Shown: positions 20,707-33,800, counted from the first letter of the stretch. The stretch is 64,000 nt of DNA from Epithemia pelagica (GCA_946965045.2 OX337240.1:2914001-2978000); one strand, 5' to 3'. The notes: generated by a model not told the origin, from the sequence alone. Numbers and translations: made by a program.

Positions 20707-21640
20707 ATGCTGTTGTTGTTGTGTAATGATCCTTCTGGTTCCATTACGACTCAAGAGAAGAAGAGTGTTGGTGGTTCGTCATCTTCCCACAACCGCAACA
20801 ACAACCAGCACTGCAAAACGTCCGTCGATGGCGGATTGACACTGCAACCACAACAAGAGTCGTCCTTTGCCTTTCGAACCAAGGTCTTTCATCGCATCAC
20901 CAGAACCACTCGTAACAACTCGTCGTCGTTTCTCGAGGCGTGTATTCGGTACCATTTGTGGCAGGGAGAACTGGCTGTGCGTCTTGTTCGTTGTCGTCAT
21001 TGCAGGCAACAACAACAAAAAAGACGATTCTCCACAACCCAAAACACATGCCATCTTCTCCCTCGCACCATACCATCCAACATCAAGAAGAAGAAGAAGA
21101 AGAAGAAGAAGAAGAAGAAGAAGAAGAAGAAGAAGAAGAAGAAGAAGAAGAAGAAGAAGAAAAAGAAGAAGAACACGTGTTTTGGGATGCGTGCTCTACA
21201 CAAGAACAACAACAACAATTAGATGACTAGGTTCCGAATCCGTGGAACAGGTGGTGTCGAATGGAATGGACGACGCATGGCATTGGCCTTGTGTCACTCA
21301 TGGGCTATGCTCTGTTGGAAGGTCCGCTCAATGCCTGGAATGAAGTCTTGTTTGAACACGTGTTTGGCGTGACGGACGATACAGCCGTGATTTTGCGTAA
21401 CCATTGGGCTGGCCTTGTTTGCCTTGTGTCGTCGTCACGAAGGAGGAGGATGATTTTATTTGCATTAGCAAAGGAACAAACGCAGAATATATCTATATGG
21501 AAGGACACGACCCCTCTGCTCGGTGGATTCCTCTTTTTTATTAGCCTGCGCATCGCGGCAAGGTTTTGCATGGTCCATTGATCCCCTCGTCGTCGTCGAA
21601 ACGAACGGTCTACCACCAGCACCACGACAAGGATTCTGTG
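20707..21640 (+). pseudogene. Disrupted paralog of the 3499-4761 membrane-protein ORF
   Basis: Homologous blocks (AFRTKVFHRIT, MEWTTHGIGLVSL, GYALLEGPL) are spread over several frames. About 0.4 kb between GLVSL and GYALLEGP is deleted, and the (GAA)n tract is expanded. Confidence 0.65.
21085..21173. repeat. (AAG)~29 microsatellite
   Basis: Read directly; one interruption. Confidence 0.9.
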
Positions 21641-22748
21641 CGTGCATTAGCACCCCGCGAGGAATGACCGGAATGTGCAACTAGGTATCATCTCCAGATG
21701 GCGGGGATTGAGAGGTACCGGAAGACGAGAATCCTTCCCTGGCAAGCAAATCATGACGACGATGATCCTATCGATAGAATCCCACTGCCTTTTAGTACGG
21801 AAACGAATTACTCCTACCACCATAGTACGCAATCCGCTGTCTTTGTTCGTCATTTTCAAATTTTCGAAGGTTTCTATGGAGTGCTGCTGGAGTCAATTTA
21901 ACAAAACTACAATGCACTACCGGGGCTTCTGCTGCAGCAGCTAGTGCTCTATGTATTCAAAATGCTACAAGTCCATTTCTTTCTTGCTCAATGCATTGTG
22001 GATATTGTTACTTTTGACTGTTCTAGGGACTGACAAGTCGGGGAGTTGTTCCAAGCACATCAGACTAGGTAGGTTAGCTCGTCTTACATCTTATTCCTTT
22101 CGTAGATTTCCGATACGGTCTGGCCATCCTTTCGCCGCAGTGATGGGTAGGGCTTTATGTCTTGAAAGGCGCATGGCCGAAAGGACATTCCGACGATACA
22201 TAAGCCCATCGCACCTTCGCACCGGGCGATCTGGTCTTAAATAATGGTCGTCACATTACTACGATCGGCAGGGTAACTCTCGTTTCTTGCGAGGCTTGTA
22301 TTCGACACCATTGATGGCAGCGAGAACTGACTGTTCGTCAGTGCTCCACCAACAATGATTCATGGAAAATGAGAAACGACGCAACACTCCACTCGTTGAC
22401 TACTATGACTGCTCGTTCGTGGAGTGTTCATAGCGTCCCATCCCTTGACCTCGTGCGGCCCCTCCTGCAGCAGACGCATCCTCATTCTCTCCTTCACCAT
22501 GCGAATCTGACGGAACCTCTGCGTTGGACAGTGAAGAGTTCGAACTGGAGGAGGCATGTCCAACAAAATCAGGTGTGGAAACCCCAATGGCAATCATGTG
22601 AACAATAGCAATGGATCCGGCTAGGAAGTCTCGTTGCCCATCCTCTTCTAGTAACCCAAACCAACACTACCCGCAGCAGTTTTGAAAGATACTGACATGA
22701 GAAGACTTAATTGAAGCACACCTTTCATTTCATTTGGTTATCTCAAGT

Positions 22749-24796
22749 CTAGTCTTTGACTACGAACATAGTTTCCCTGTAGGGACTGGTAGCCGCCGGT
22801 TCGACCGTTTTTCCCTCGACAGCCACCACCAAACCTGTCCGTTGTCCGAGACAAATCAACTTTAATTCTTGTATATCCTCTTCCCAATACTTCTCCGACG
22901 AAAAGAATATGTAATTGTCCAAGACTTCGTCTCCAGCCTGGACGGATTGTGACAAAACATCCTGTACGGTGGATATCTTCCACAAGTGTGACCGATCCCC
23001 GGCGGGATCAAAGAGGTACTGAAACGGCAGAAACAAGGTGGTCATATCCTCTACAGTGGCCGTAAGTTCGGTAAAGTTTGTAGCCATTCCAATATTGTTG
23101 GTCCCATTGCATCCATGATTGGCAAAGGTGGTAATGCCTGGATCGACAATATATGCTTCCAGACCCCAAAAATCGTGCTCGAATCCGTAGCCATCCAAGT
23201 AATTGCCCAAGGATTTCCACTTGGCTGGTATCAATTCCCATAATTCTAGAATAATTTGAGTCGTCATGGGCTTGACAAACATACTATGGACTGCCTCTTC
23301 GATGGTAAAATAGGTTCCCTTGGCAAAGGCTTGTTTGAAAAAGACGCCCCTTCCGGCATTGGCCACGCGACTGGTACCAAATTCCAGAGCCGAAACGGGT
23401 AAATTGGGCACATCGGGGTCAAACCCTCGAACGACGGTACAATGCGGCGATTTTTGTGTCGTCGTTTGACAATAGTGATTTTCTTGAATACGGCTGGGGT
23501 AATGATAGATTTGTTGAGTGGCTCCGTCTAGAAACCGCAGTGGTTGTGCAGCTGGTGGTCCACCACCAGCACTGGAAATCCTCTTGGTCAGTTCGACCTG
23601 AATGGAGGAGGCATCGGCATACCATTCGGCCAGCAAGGCATCATTATCCATAAAGACGATACGAAATTCGTGGACTCGGTGATGCGAGCGGTGACCACCA
23701 AGGAAAATCGATTCGGAATAGGCTTCCATTCTTGTAGCCTCGGAATCGGCCCAGATACTCGTAAAGCGTTCGAGGGGGTATGAATCCACACCACCTGTTG
23801 TTGTTATTGGTGGTGGTGTCGCGGCTGTAACTGCTCCAACATGGGCTACCAACACGCCCGTCGGAGAGAGTGCCAAAACCAACGCATCCAGAAACGATTG
23901 GTCATGTAGCATAGGATGAGAGAACAAGTTATATGGTGCATCCATGTCTCTGCAAGAAAAAGTGCGGCAGAGAAATGTTTTCTTGAGCAGTTCTTGTGAA
24001 AGAACCAGCAGAATGCATGGCACTACTGCAAAACACTCTCCCAGTCCTGCTCGTGTACTTACAGTAGGGTATCCAAAAGAATGACATCCAGTTTATTCTC
24101 TATTATTTCCTCTTCTTCTTCGTCTTCTTCTTCTTCTTCTGCATCGTCATTCGGTGCACCCCAGCGATCGAGGAACCATGTCCGAGCGGCCTCTAGATTC
24201 GTGACCGTCGTACAATGCACTCGCGGATCGTCCTTCCACGTCAAGGACGAAGCGTCCTTCTCATTCTCCTCATGGTGAACCAAGTGCAGCACATGACAGT
24301 GTTGGACGGTCGTGTGTTTCAAGACATGATGGACCACCGCCATGTCACTGCTGATCCGACTGGCAACCACCAGGGCCACCTGCTGAGGAGATTTGTGCGA
24401 CAGCAAGGCCGGATGAACCAGTGTTTCGTGATAGAGTTCCAAGGAAGAAGAAGAAGAAGACTGCGTTTTGTTTTTCCTTTGCCGTGTATCATCGAGACTG
24501 TTCCTTCCCACCTGTCGTCGACAAACCTTTTCTTGTTTCGCTCTTCCAACAAAGCTTGGGTGGGTAGTAGAATTGTCATTCGGAGCAGCAAAAAGACTTG
24601 TTTCTCGGCGCAACACAATCGCAAGTGCGAATGGCACGACCGTTGCTAGAACGAAATGCCAAAAGATCCGTTTCCAAGTCAGGCGAATTGCAGTGAAACC
24701 ACCACTGTTGTTGTTGTGGACGACACATCTCTTGTTCGTCGTTGTCGTATTCCTGTCTTCTGGTAAGCGGACATTCTTGGTGTTCTTATCGCTCAT
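22749..24796 (-). CDS. Degenerate aminopropyltransferase-SET fusion, copy B; exons 24796-24063 and 23949-22749
   Basis: Intact reading frame paralogous to 211-2232 with the same phase-2 intron (23950-24062). SET motifs are intact. Confidence 0.85.
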
Positions 24797-24807
24797 GACA
24801 CGATACG

Positions 24808-25952
24808 TGTAGAAACCTGTAACGAACCGTGCTGTAAAGGCAACAATTCCTGTAACAAATTACGTATTCTCCTTAGAATGAGCACTGTTGTTTGTTTCGT
24901 TGCTCTTCCGTCCACGTCGTTTCACCTCAATCCATTCGTCATCACTTGCAGATGGGAATAGGGAAATGAGGGACTTTTAGAGGAACATATTATAGAAGGA
25001 CTTTCGGATAAATAGTTTTTTTGGTTGCTTCGAAATCCTCCAGTTGATTGCCGTGTGTCCTTGCCGTTGCTCTCCTACGCCTCATCCATCCATACCAAAG
25101 CATCCATTGTCGTCCCTCCCTGCAATCTTCGTTCGTTCCATCATAATCCATCTCCAATGACGATCATCTCGTCGCGACCTTCCACCCCCAAAGTGGAAGT
25201 CTTTCCAAATGTTCTTGTAGGTCGATCAAACTCGCCAACTCAATGCCGCCCTTTTCACCCATCACGGTACACTTGATTCTGAAGACTCCTTGATGGTCGG
25301 AGGAGTGCTAGGACCTTTCGTTGGAGGTGCACACCGGCTTGAGTGTGCCATTGTGGTGTTATGCAGTGCAAAATGACCGTAGTGGTCTTCCTACGAAAAT
25401 AGAATCACTATAGAGAAAACAGTGGAGGCCTTGAAAAGCACGGGCTACTGCTGTAACAATGTCAGTCCGGTGGAGCTCGTAAGTAGTATTGTGCCCACAA
25501 TTCGTTGCTGGTTGGGTTCATTATATAGTAGTGTACGGGGATCAAAAGTTTTCCCGAAAGTCTCTCAAAAAGCTATCCTAAAACTCCGAACGTCTCTCAA
25601 AAAGCTATCCGAAAGTCTTTCATTTGACTTTTTCAGGCCTTTATAGCGAAATGAGAGACATTCGGGGAAACTTTCGTTTTTAGGGATAGGGTTAAACTTG
25701 GGAATGCAGTTTAAGTGGCACTGACAAGACAACTAGGGTCATTTTCTTTAAGAAGAGTCAATATGGAAGAGTAATGGAGACATCGACGGTCACTGGATGG
25801 TCTGTCCGAATGTCAGTCTAATTTTTGAAAGTTTCTCCGAACGTCTGTCATGAAAGTCCCTCATTTCACTCCTCTCCTTGCAGATGGATCTTCGCCTTGC
25901 TCAGTCGCTGTTTTCGTTTGTTCTGCGACTCCTCGCGGGACTTCCTTCAACA
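24808..25952 (-). repeat. 3' LTR of copia-2, interrupted by a MULE
   Basis: 24808-24954 plus 25887-25952 reconstitute the 47719-47931 sequence. Confidence 0.9.
24955..25877. mobile_element. 923-bp non-autonomous Mutator-like element
   Basis: 9-bp TSD TTGCAGATG (24946-24954 and 25878-25886); imperfect TIRs beginning GGA and sharing GAAATGAGGGACTTT; no transposase ORF. Confidence 0.85.
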
Positions 25953-28731
25953 CACTCCTTCGTGACGAATGGTATTCACTATGAGGAGCGATATTCATAA
26001 TGAGGTCCCGCAGTTGATAGAACAAGCGACCCTGCAGCGGCTTGGTAAAAAAATCTGCAATCATTTGTTCAGTTGGGCAAAACTCAATTCGCAACTCTTT
26101 CTTGTTGATTCGATCGGTAACAAAGAAATAGCGGACATCAATATGTTTGGTTCTTTTCGAGCTTGAGAGACGCCCATTTTTGGCTAGGAGGATGCTGCTT
26201 TGGTTGTCCTGGTGGAGTACAACATCCTTCACAGCAATCCCCTGCGCTTCCATGAAATTGCGGGTCCATAACAGTGATGGCATCACATCATGGATCCCTA
26301 TCAGTTCACATTCGGTGGAGCTTCGTGCCACCAGTTTTTGTTTTGCCGAAAAGCCGATGACAGCTCCTTTACCGAGAGTCATGAACCCACCGGTATGACC
26401 CTTTGTGTTGGGATGGACTGCGTATGACGCGTCCACCCACCATTTCACTATCCACTCGGGTTTTCCTTCAAGACGCAAGACAAGGTTCATTGTGGTTTGT
26501 AGATATTTCAGAACGCGGCCCAATTTCCTGTGATCATCTTCGTCTGGTTTAGAGACTCGCGTGGAAAGGAAGGATATTGCTGTTCGGATGTCCGGCCCCC
26601 CACGGTGAGCCAAGTATGCCAATTGCATAGTGATACTATGAAACCAATCCGCATCATTCTCGCTCAATTTTGTTGCATGCTCATTGACATGGTACAGATG
26701 ATTTGCTGCTGGTGTTTGTGCTCTGCCTTTGAATGACGAAGGCATGCCGTCAAGGATGGTCTTGATATACGGGCGCATGTCTATTTGCAATACTCCATCC
26801 TCTGAATAATCGAGGAACATGCCCAGGTAGTCGTGTCGCTTGCCTCACGACACTGATATATCACCCAAACTACCAAACTCTGCCTGTAGGTCCGCCACAA
26901 ATGCTTCCACGACTTTCTGATCAACATGTGAGATCTTGAGGTCGTCGATGTGCCATGTTACTGTGCATTGTTTGCCATTGATAACCTTGTTGGCAACGCA
27001 TGAATCATATGGGTTGATTGTGTACCCCCAACTTTTTAGAACGCCGCTCAATTTGATCCAAAACAATCGGGCAGCTCGTAGTGTTCCGTAGAGTGCCTTG
27101 AGCATCTCTACGTAGATCACTGGTTTGTTGTGTTCATACACGAGGTATTTTGTGTACATATCTGGGTCGACTTCCAACAGCAATTCTGCCATGAGTCCCT
27201 CAATCCTCATGTGCACGTTAGGGTCCATATCCGAGTGCATGAATGCACCCAGAATGTCCGCTACGAACACATGTCTTCGTTCCACTGCATCCACAACCGC
27301 TGTGATGAAAACAGCCTCGGTGGCCACGGTTGGCGATGCGGCGTCTTCTTTGTCGATGAAATCACGTTGCTTTCGCCCATCGGCGCACCCGCGCCCCTTG
27401 ATTTTCCCACAACGTTTTTGTTTTAGAAACATCAGATAATTCAGTGCTTTTTTGATTTGTTCCCATGAGAGGTCCGTCTTGTGTACCCCTCGTAGAACGC
27501 CGCGCTCGTGAAGCTGCCTAATCTCTTTTTTAACTGCTTCCCGCCCCTTGTCACCAAATAGTTTGATGCCCATACGCATTGACATTTGGGGTGTGGCCAA
27601 GTTTGTTTCGGCCTCGATGAGATAGAGCACTCCGCGCAGCAAATATCCATCGTACCGTCCTGCTGGTAATGTATCGACTGATGCAAAGGTGTGCCCATAC
27701 CTATGGGCATAGCTTCGCTCTCTATTTGGCCGTAGATCGTATCGATTTTCGTTGGTTGTTGTTGTTGTTGTCGATGAGCTTGATTCATCACTAGCATCAG
27801 GACCAAACACGATCTCCATTTCCTCATCGTCATTCTCGTGTGCGGTTGCATTTGATGCGTCATTCAGGTCCTCCTCTATTCCCATATCCACCTCGTCCAA
27901 CATACCCCCGTCCTCTGCGACATGCTCTTCAACATAATCAGCATCGTCCTCGTCATCCTCCTCCACATCAACTCCATCGACGCCAACTTCGTTTATAACC
28001 ACTCCTTGGTTTTCCACTCCTTGGTTTTCCACTCCTTGATTTCTCGGTGGGACAAGGATATCCATGAGTTGGTTTTCGTTTTGATTCAGTCCTAATTCGT
28101 AAAAAGGACCCGGTGGATTGTTCATATCATAGTGATCTGTGTCGTCCAATGGACCGTGGTTTGGGTCATCATCAGCATCCAATTCGCCATCCACATATGC
28201 GTCGTCATAGCGGAGGACATCATCGTCCTCGTCAGGAGGCTCATCATACACGCTTCCTTCGTCGTCGTATAATGGATTGTCCTCTTCCATTGCCAGAATG
28301 CGATTGTCCCGATTACCAAATGCCAGTCCTGGCTGCATTTGTTGTGCAGCCGCTAACTGAGCGACACGCTGAATGACTTCATTTGGCATAGGGAGGCGTG
28401 TTGCGTGGTTTCGTGTGATGATTCTTCCGCTCTCCAGACTCATAAAGTAGTAGCTACCTTGACGGTTGCCGGTCGGCCGCAAGGCCAGGGCACCAATTGT
28501 CCGTGCTTCCATATTGTTGGAGTGCTGTTCATGACATTGAACGTACTCCCCAAACTCGAAGCGACAATGGCGGTGATAGTCCACGGTTTCTCCTGTGACA
28601 AGTTCTCTTGGACTTCTTGTGGTTGACAGCTGGTTGTTCTGGTTGGGAAGTCCATTCAGCCAGAACGTCGCAAATTTCGCCAGTTCAATCAACATGACCT
28701 TTGGCAGGGCCTCGAATGGTAGAGTGGTATA
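25861..28731 (-). pseudogene. pol: Copia-2 pol, C-terminal part (integrase end, RT, RNase H) with an in-frame TGA at 26845-26847
   Basis: RT KIKGRGCADG, KALYG, WHIDDLKISH; RNase H WWVDASY, SSTECEL, QDNQS, TKHIDVRYFF. The junction reads ISVS*GKRHDYLGM in frame. The ORF enters the 3' LTR and ends in the MULE. Confidence 0.9.
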
Positions 28732-29452
28732 CATCTAAGGAGGGAAATGGGCCCCGGCGCTTGATTTCCACCCCCAAAAGCGAATTTCTAAAAAAAATCG
28801 CCGAATTAAAATTTTTTATGCGCAGTTTATTTTTATATGCGCAGTTTTTAACTATAATCCTGCTTTCCCAACTAAATCTGCAAATCTAGGTCTAACAATG
28901 CACATTTCTCTAGCTAGTTCTAGAGATCGAGCTGACTATCACGCGCATGCCACAATTTTAATGCGCACAAGCCCGCGATCAAACCACGAATAACGCGCGC
29001 CACACTCCGATAATGCGCACTACAACTATCTGGCGCGCTCGACCCCCCCGAGACGCGCATGACGCAACCCTCATGCGCAAGCGTCTGTCCCCTCACCTTT
29101 GAATCACGAATTTCCACTCCCACCACATCACACAGCAGCTGCCAGAAAGACTGACGCACATGGATGTCCCAAAGAATGTCTCAGATGGATCCTCCTTCCC
29201 AATCACCCAAACCGCGGGGATTACCAACTCGACACTCTGATCCATCGAACAAAACCGAACAACTTAGCATACTAGTCATTCAACAATCAACGACCACCAG
29301 AATCGATGCTCATTCATCTCCCTCCACCTCCACCCAACACACCACAACAAACAACAACAACAGCAGCAGCAACAACAACAATCGATCACCCAACGCTATC
29401 GAGATTCCCCTGTTCAATCCCATTATCTATCCAGCTTCTTTCATCAACCTAA

Positions 29453-30350
29453 CAGCTCTGCCATTCCAATCACGCTACAATTAAAGCGGCTTGGGGCATC
29501 TGTCTGATTGTTTCTTGGTTCCTTTTCAGCCACCTTTTTGTTGCTTGCTTTCTCTCTGCCGAGATTCCCTTTTCAATCCTTTCACCTATCCAACTTCTTT
29601 CATCAACCTAACAGCTCTGCCATTCCAATCACGCTACAATTAAAGCGGCTTGGGGCATCTGTCTGATTGTTGCTTGGTTCCTTTTCAGCCACCTTTTTGT
29701 TGCTTGCTTCCTCTTCAGCCACCTTCACTCCAAAACCGCTGCACCAGAAGAAGAGGAAGAGGAACTCAAGCACGGCCAGAGCATTCGAGACATTGACACT
29801 TGCACTATCTTGCAGCTCTGCCATTCCAATCACGCTACAATTAAAGCGGCTTGGGGCATCTGTCTGATTGTTGCTTGCTTCCTTTCAACCACGACCTTCA
29901 CTCCAAAACCGCTACAACACTTCACTCCAAAACCGCTGCACCAGAAGAAGAGGAAGAGGAACTCAAGCACGGCCAGAGCATTCGAGACATTGACACTTGC
30001 ACTATCTTGCAGCTCTGCCATTCCAATCACGCTACAACTAAAGCGGCTTGGGGCATCTGTCTGATTGTTGCTTGCTTCCTTTCAACCACGACCTTCACTC
30101 CAAAACCGCTACAACAGGAAAACAAGAAGAAGAGGAACCCAAGAAGAAGAACGACCACCAGAGCATTCGAAATATTGTCGACATTTGTCCTATCTTTGAC
30201 ACTTGCACTATCTTGCAGCTCTGCCATTCCAATCACCACGCTACAATTAAAGCGGCTTGGGGCATCTGTCTGATTGTTGCTTGTTTCACTCAGCTCTGTC
30301 CTTCACTCCAATCACGCTATTACAATTGAAGCGGTTTCGGGCTATCTGTT
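29453..30350. repeat. Subterminal array: ~60-bp core repeated five times plus a degenerate sixth copy
   Basis: CAGCTCTGCCATTCCAATCACGCTACAATTAAAGCGGCTTGGGGCATCTGTCTGATTGTT at 29453, 29612, 29813, 30010 and 30216; degenerate copy at 30291. Confidence 0.9.
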
Positions 30351-30858
30351 AGATTGTTTATCAAGAACCCTCCTGTCCTCGTGATACTCGGACTTGAATA
30401 GAACAGACCCAAAGCAAGCAGTGTGACACGGTGGTAGCCAGTTGCTTCTGTTCTATTCTTGTCGCGAGATTGCTTGGACAACCAACCAACCCCTGGTTTT
30501 GGAGTAGCAAATTCTGGCACCGATTGTTGGATCACAACGAACAAGACGCTACACATAAAGCGCGTCGTAGTGTATTCCTTCGATTTGGTTGTTGTTTTGT
30601 TACCACCAGAGTTCAGGACCAAACCAAAGACGCTACACAATTCAGCGCACACTTTTTACTGTTTAGACAAGTACACAAGGTTGTCTCAAAGACGCTACAA
30701 TTAAAGCGCTTCCTCGACTACCCTTGTTGTTGTTGTTGTTGAAACAAAGACGCTACACAAAAAGCGCATCGTGACAAGTACAAAATGGCGGGCAACCGCA
30801 TCAAGGGCCCTCGCTACAAAAACCACCAACCGCCAAGAATCCTGGTGACCCTTCTTCA

Positions 30859-33800
30859 ATGAATGATGAAGTGCGAAACAAAAGAAAGGACGTGTCGACT
30901 ATGACTGTTTCTGGTACCAATCATACACTTCGAACACACACAAGCGAGGAATCTCACTACACCGGTATTATGCCCATTACATACGAAAGTGTCCTCAATT
31001 GGTATGAAAGTGTTTTCCAAGACAAATCAGGAAAATGGACAACAGTGGAGGTACCACATGACGGCCATTATGTGAAGATATTCCTACCAATCTGTTATTC
31101 GCCTGCATTCCAAGATATCATCTGTCACTCCGTTTTCTGTTTCACAAGAATTAAGAACGAGATGGATGATGATGACAAGTTGACTCCAATGGTTGGTCGA
31201 CTGTTGTTCAAAAACACTCTCTACAGTCCTGTTTCCAATATTTGGAATCAGGCATTTGGGACGACAGTGATAGACGGTGCTGAGAATCTGAGACAAACCA
31301 TTATCAGATTTCTTTCCTCTCATGGCTTAGTCTCTAAGAAGACACGCAAGGGGATCGGTGGGATTGGAGAAGCATTGAAACGATACCTTCTAGATGATTC
31401 CTCCCTTTACAGGAAACCGCGTCTCGTACCTGTTGGTAAAATCGCATGGGTTATCGAACATATGGTGGCCATACACCGTTTCATCTCAGAATCGACATCG
31501 GACGAGAACATGGACGTGATTTCCAATATCCAAATGGAGAAAGCACTGTTGTATACGATGCCTGACACATGGTTCAAGATGTACCTTGAAGAAAGAGATT
31601 CTTTGGTACAATATGGAAGAAACGGAGACGATGGCGGTATGTTCTACGATCTACTGCATTATATAGAAAAACAAGAGGTACTGTCTGCCAGGAAATCGAA
31701 AGAAATTGCCGTGCAACGTCGGAGTATAGACTCGCCGGCAAAAAAGAGACAGAAGGTCGTCGCTGGTAATGATCCTACTGACGAGAAAAAAGATCAAGTA
31801 CTACCAACTTCCATTACAACGTCGAACCAAGTTGCCCTCAAATCAGACCGTGTGGAAGAGGTCAGGAAGATTATAAGCGACGACAATGAAAAAACCGCAG
31901 ACAACGAGGTAAGATGTTCGAGCGACTTGCCAAGAATCGAGAAGGATTAGACAATCTCAAAAATGATTGATCTCTTTGTCTTAGAGACGTTATGCTTCCA
32001 TAAACAAGGGAATTGAGGAGACAGGTGATGGTGTGGTACCACAGCCTTTCATTGAAATTCCACACGTTCTTGATCCTATAGTAAACCAGAAGAGAAGAAA
32101 AGACTCATGGGACTCGAATGAATCAATCGACAACATTGGTGACGGTTACTTGGACAAGTTCGCGGAAAAACAAACTAACAGAAACAACGAGAACATCAAG
32201 TCGGCCATGAAGCTAGCAACCCAGTATGCTAAGAGTATGGGGAAGGACAACACGCATGTCGAAATCAAGACATTATTTAGGTGCACACTATGCGTGTCTT
32301 ACAGTGGGTTGATGAATGACCAGGACCCTACAACGCGTGTTTTGCATATCCCACATAGACATCGTCGGAGAGATCTTTGCTACAACACTTCAAGGACGGG
32401 CATGCCGATTGAGTCTTTCTATACTTGTTTGAAATTGATGGTCCATCACAACCATCAGAACCTAGTATATGTTGACAAAGTAACATTTGATGAAGCAAAC
32501 AGGAACCCATTTCCTAAGAAAATTCCTATGTCATCATGGAGACAACAGGATCCGAACACACTGATATTGGCGATCATTGCCTTGACAACAGCAACTGATG
32601 TCAGCGACCCAGCTTTATTGGCTTTCGAAATTGACAAAAAGATACTTCATATCTACGAACCAATACATAATCGATCAGACCAATACTGGGAAGGAACGAC
32701 GCGTCATGTACTACGGAAATGGGACCTGGTCAATACGTCAAAAGGTGCCCCGCCTGTCAGTCTATGTTATGACCCATCATTAGTGGAAGAAGATGAAACA
32801 ACACATGATACAAACAAGGAATGTAACAAGTGGCGATATCGCATTGTGAAAATGCCAGAACCTAAGAAGGATACTCCAAAGCCAATGCCACAAGCTATTG
32901 TGATCAGAATGCTTGGAAACATAATGAGTAGTCGACCAAACCCGGGTCGGAAAGAAGGTCAGATAGACAAGAGTATGACGATATCCAATTGTTTTTCGAG
33001 TAATCAAATACGGTACAATAATGAATTTTCGAGAGGACTAGAGCATGCTGTTGAAGGCAATTCGATTTCTCCTTTGGTGTTGGGACCTGACAATTTCGAT
33101 GGCAACAGCGACGACGATCCTGTTGAAGTGGGGTTTTCACGTGGTACCGATAAATACGAATACCAGGAGAACGTCGATCTATCTGATGGTGGGTGTTCAG
33201 AGACGTGGACTACGGATGGTGACATATTGTTCATACCGTGCCCGAGGGTGGGATTAGAACCCAAGGAGGTGTTACTTGACTCCAAACTTTCCAAGAGAGA
33301 TATAAATCGATTGCTACCGACCGTTGTATATTGTCCAGATTCTTGTGTATGCTGTAACAGGGCATTGAAAACAGATACAGACAGCGAAGTCTGTACCCTC
33401 ATCCCATGTGGACATCTGGTTCACGGAAATTGCTTACGAATACGGTTCAAGTATCATAATGTATGGTGTCCCCAGTGTGGACAAAAGATCAAGAGTAACA
33501 TCCACATGTTTGGTGCGGAGAAGATAGAGGGACACAAGAAAACAGCGGAAGACACTACAACTACGAGCGAGGGATTCCCTGAAGAGGGACATAGGAAAAC
33601 AGTCAAAGACACTACAACTACGATTGAGGGACGCCCTGAAGAATCATCAAAAAAATCACCCGTGAGTAACAAGCCATCAACACTAGAACAAAGAGGAGTT
33701 GAGACAAAATACAAGCCCGAGGTTTGTTCGATTTGTATGACCAGAAAAGTGGATTGCGAACTGTTTCTTTGTAGACATACATTTTGTCGGGAATGTGTTG

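Larger units (their letters stand above)
20412..24807. repeat. Copy B of the inverted segmental duplication
   Basis: Reverse complement of ~200-5097 with indels; it continues beyond the copia-2 insertion at 47932-47983. Confidence 0.9.

Noticed and set aside
25861-25877. Stop at 25861 as the native end of copia-2 pol
   Set aside because: The last codons come from the MULE terminus; the native stop is visible in the intact LTR at 47771-47773.
29453-30350. CRISPR-like repeat-spacer array
   Set aside because: The repeats are ~60 bp, the linkers are 100-150 bp and built from shared blocks rather than unique spacers, there are no cas genes, and the context is eukaryotic and inside a DNA transposon.
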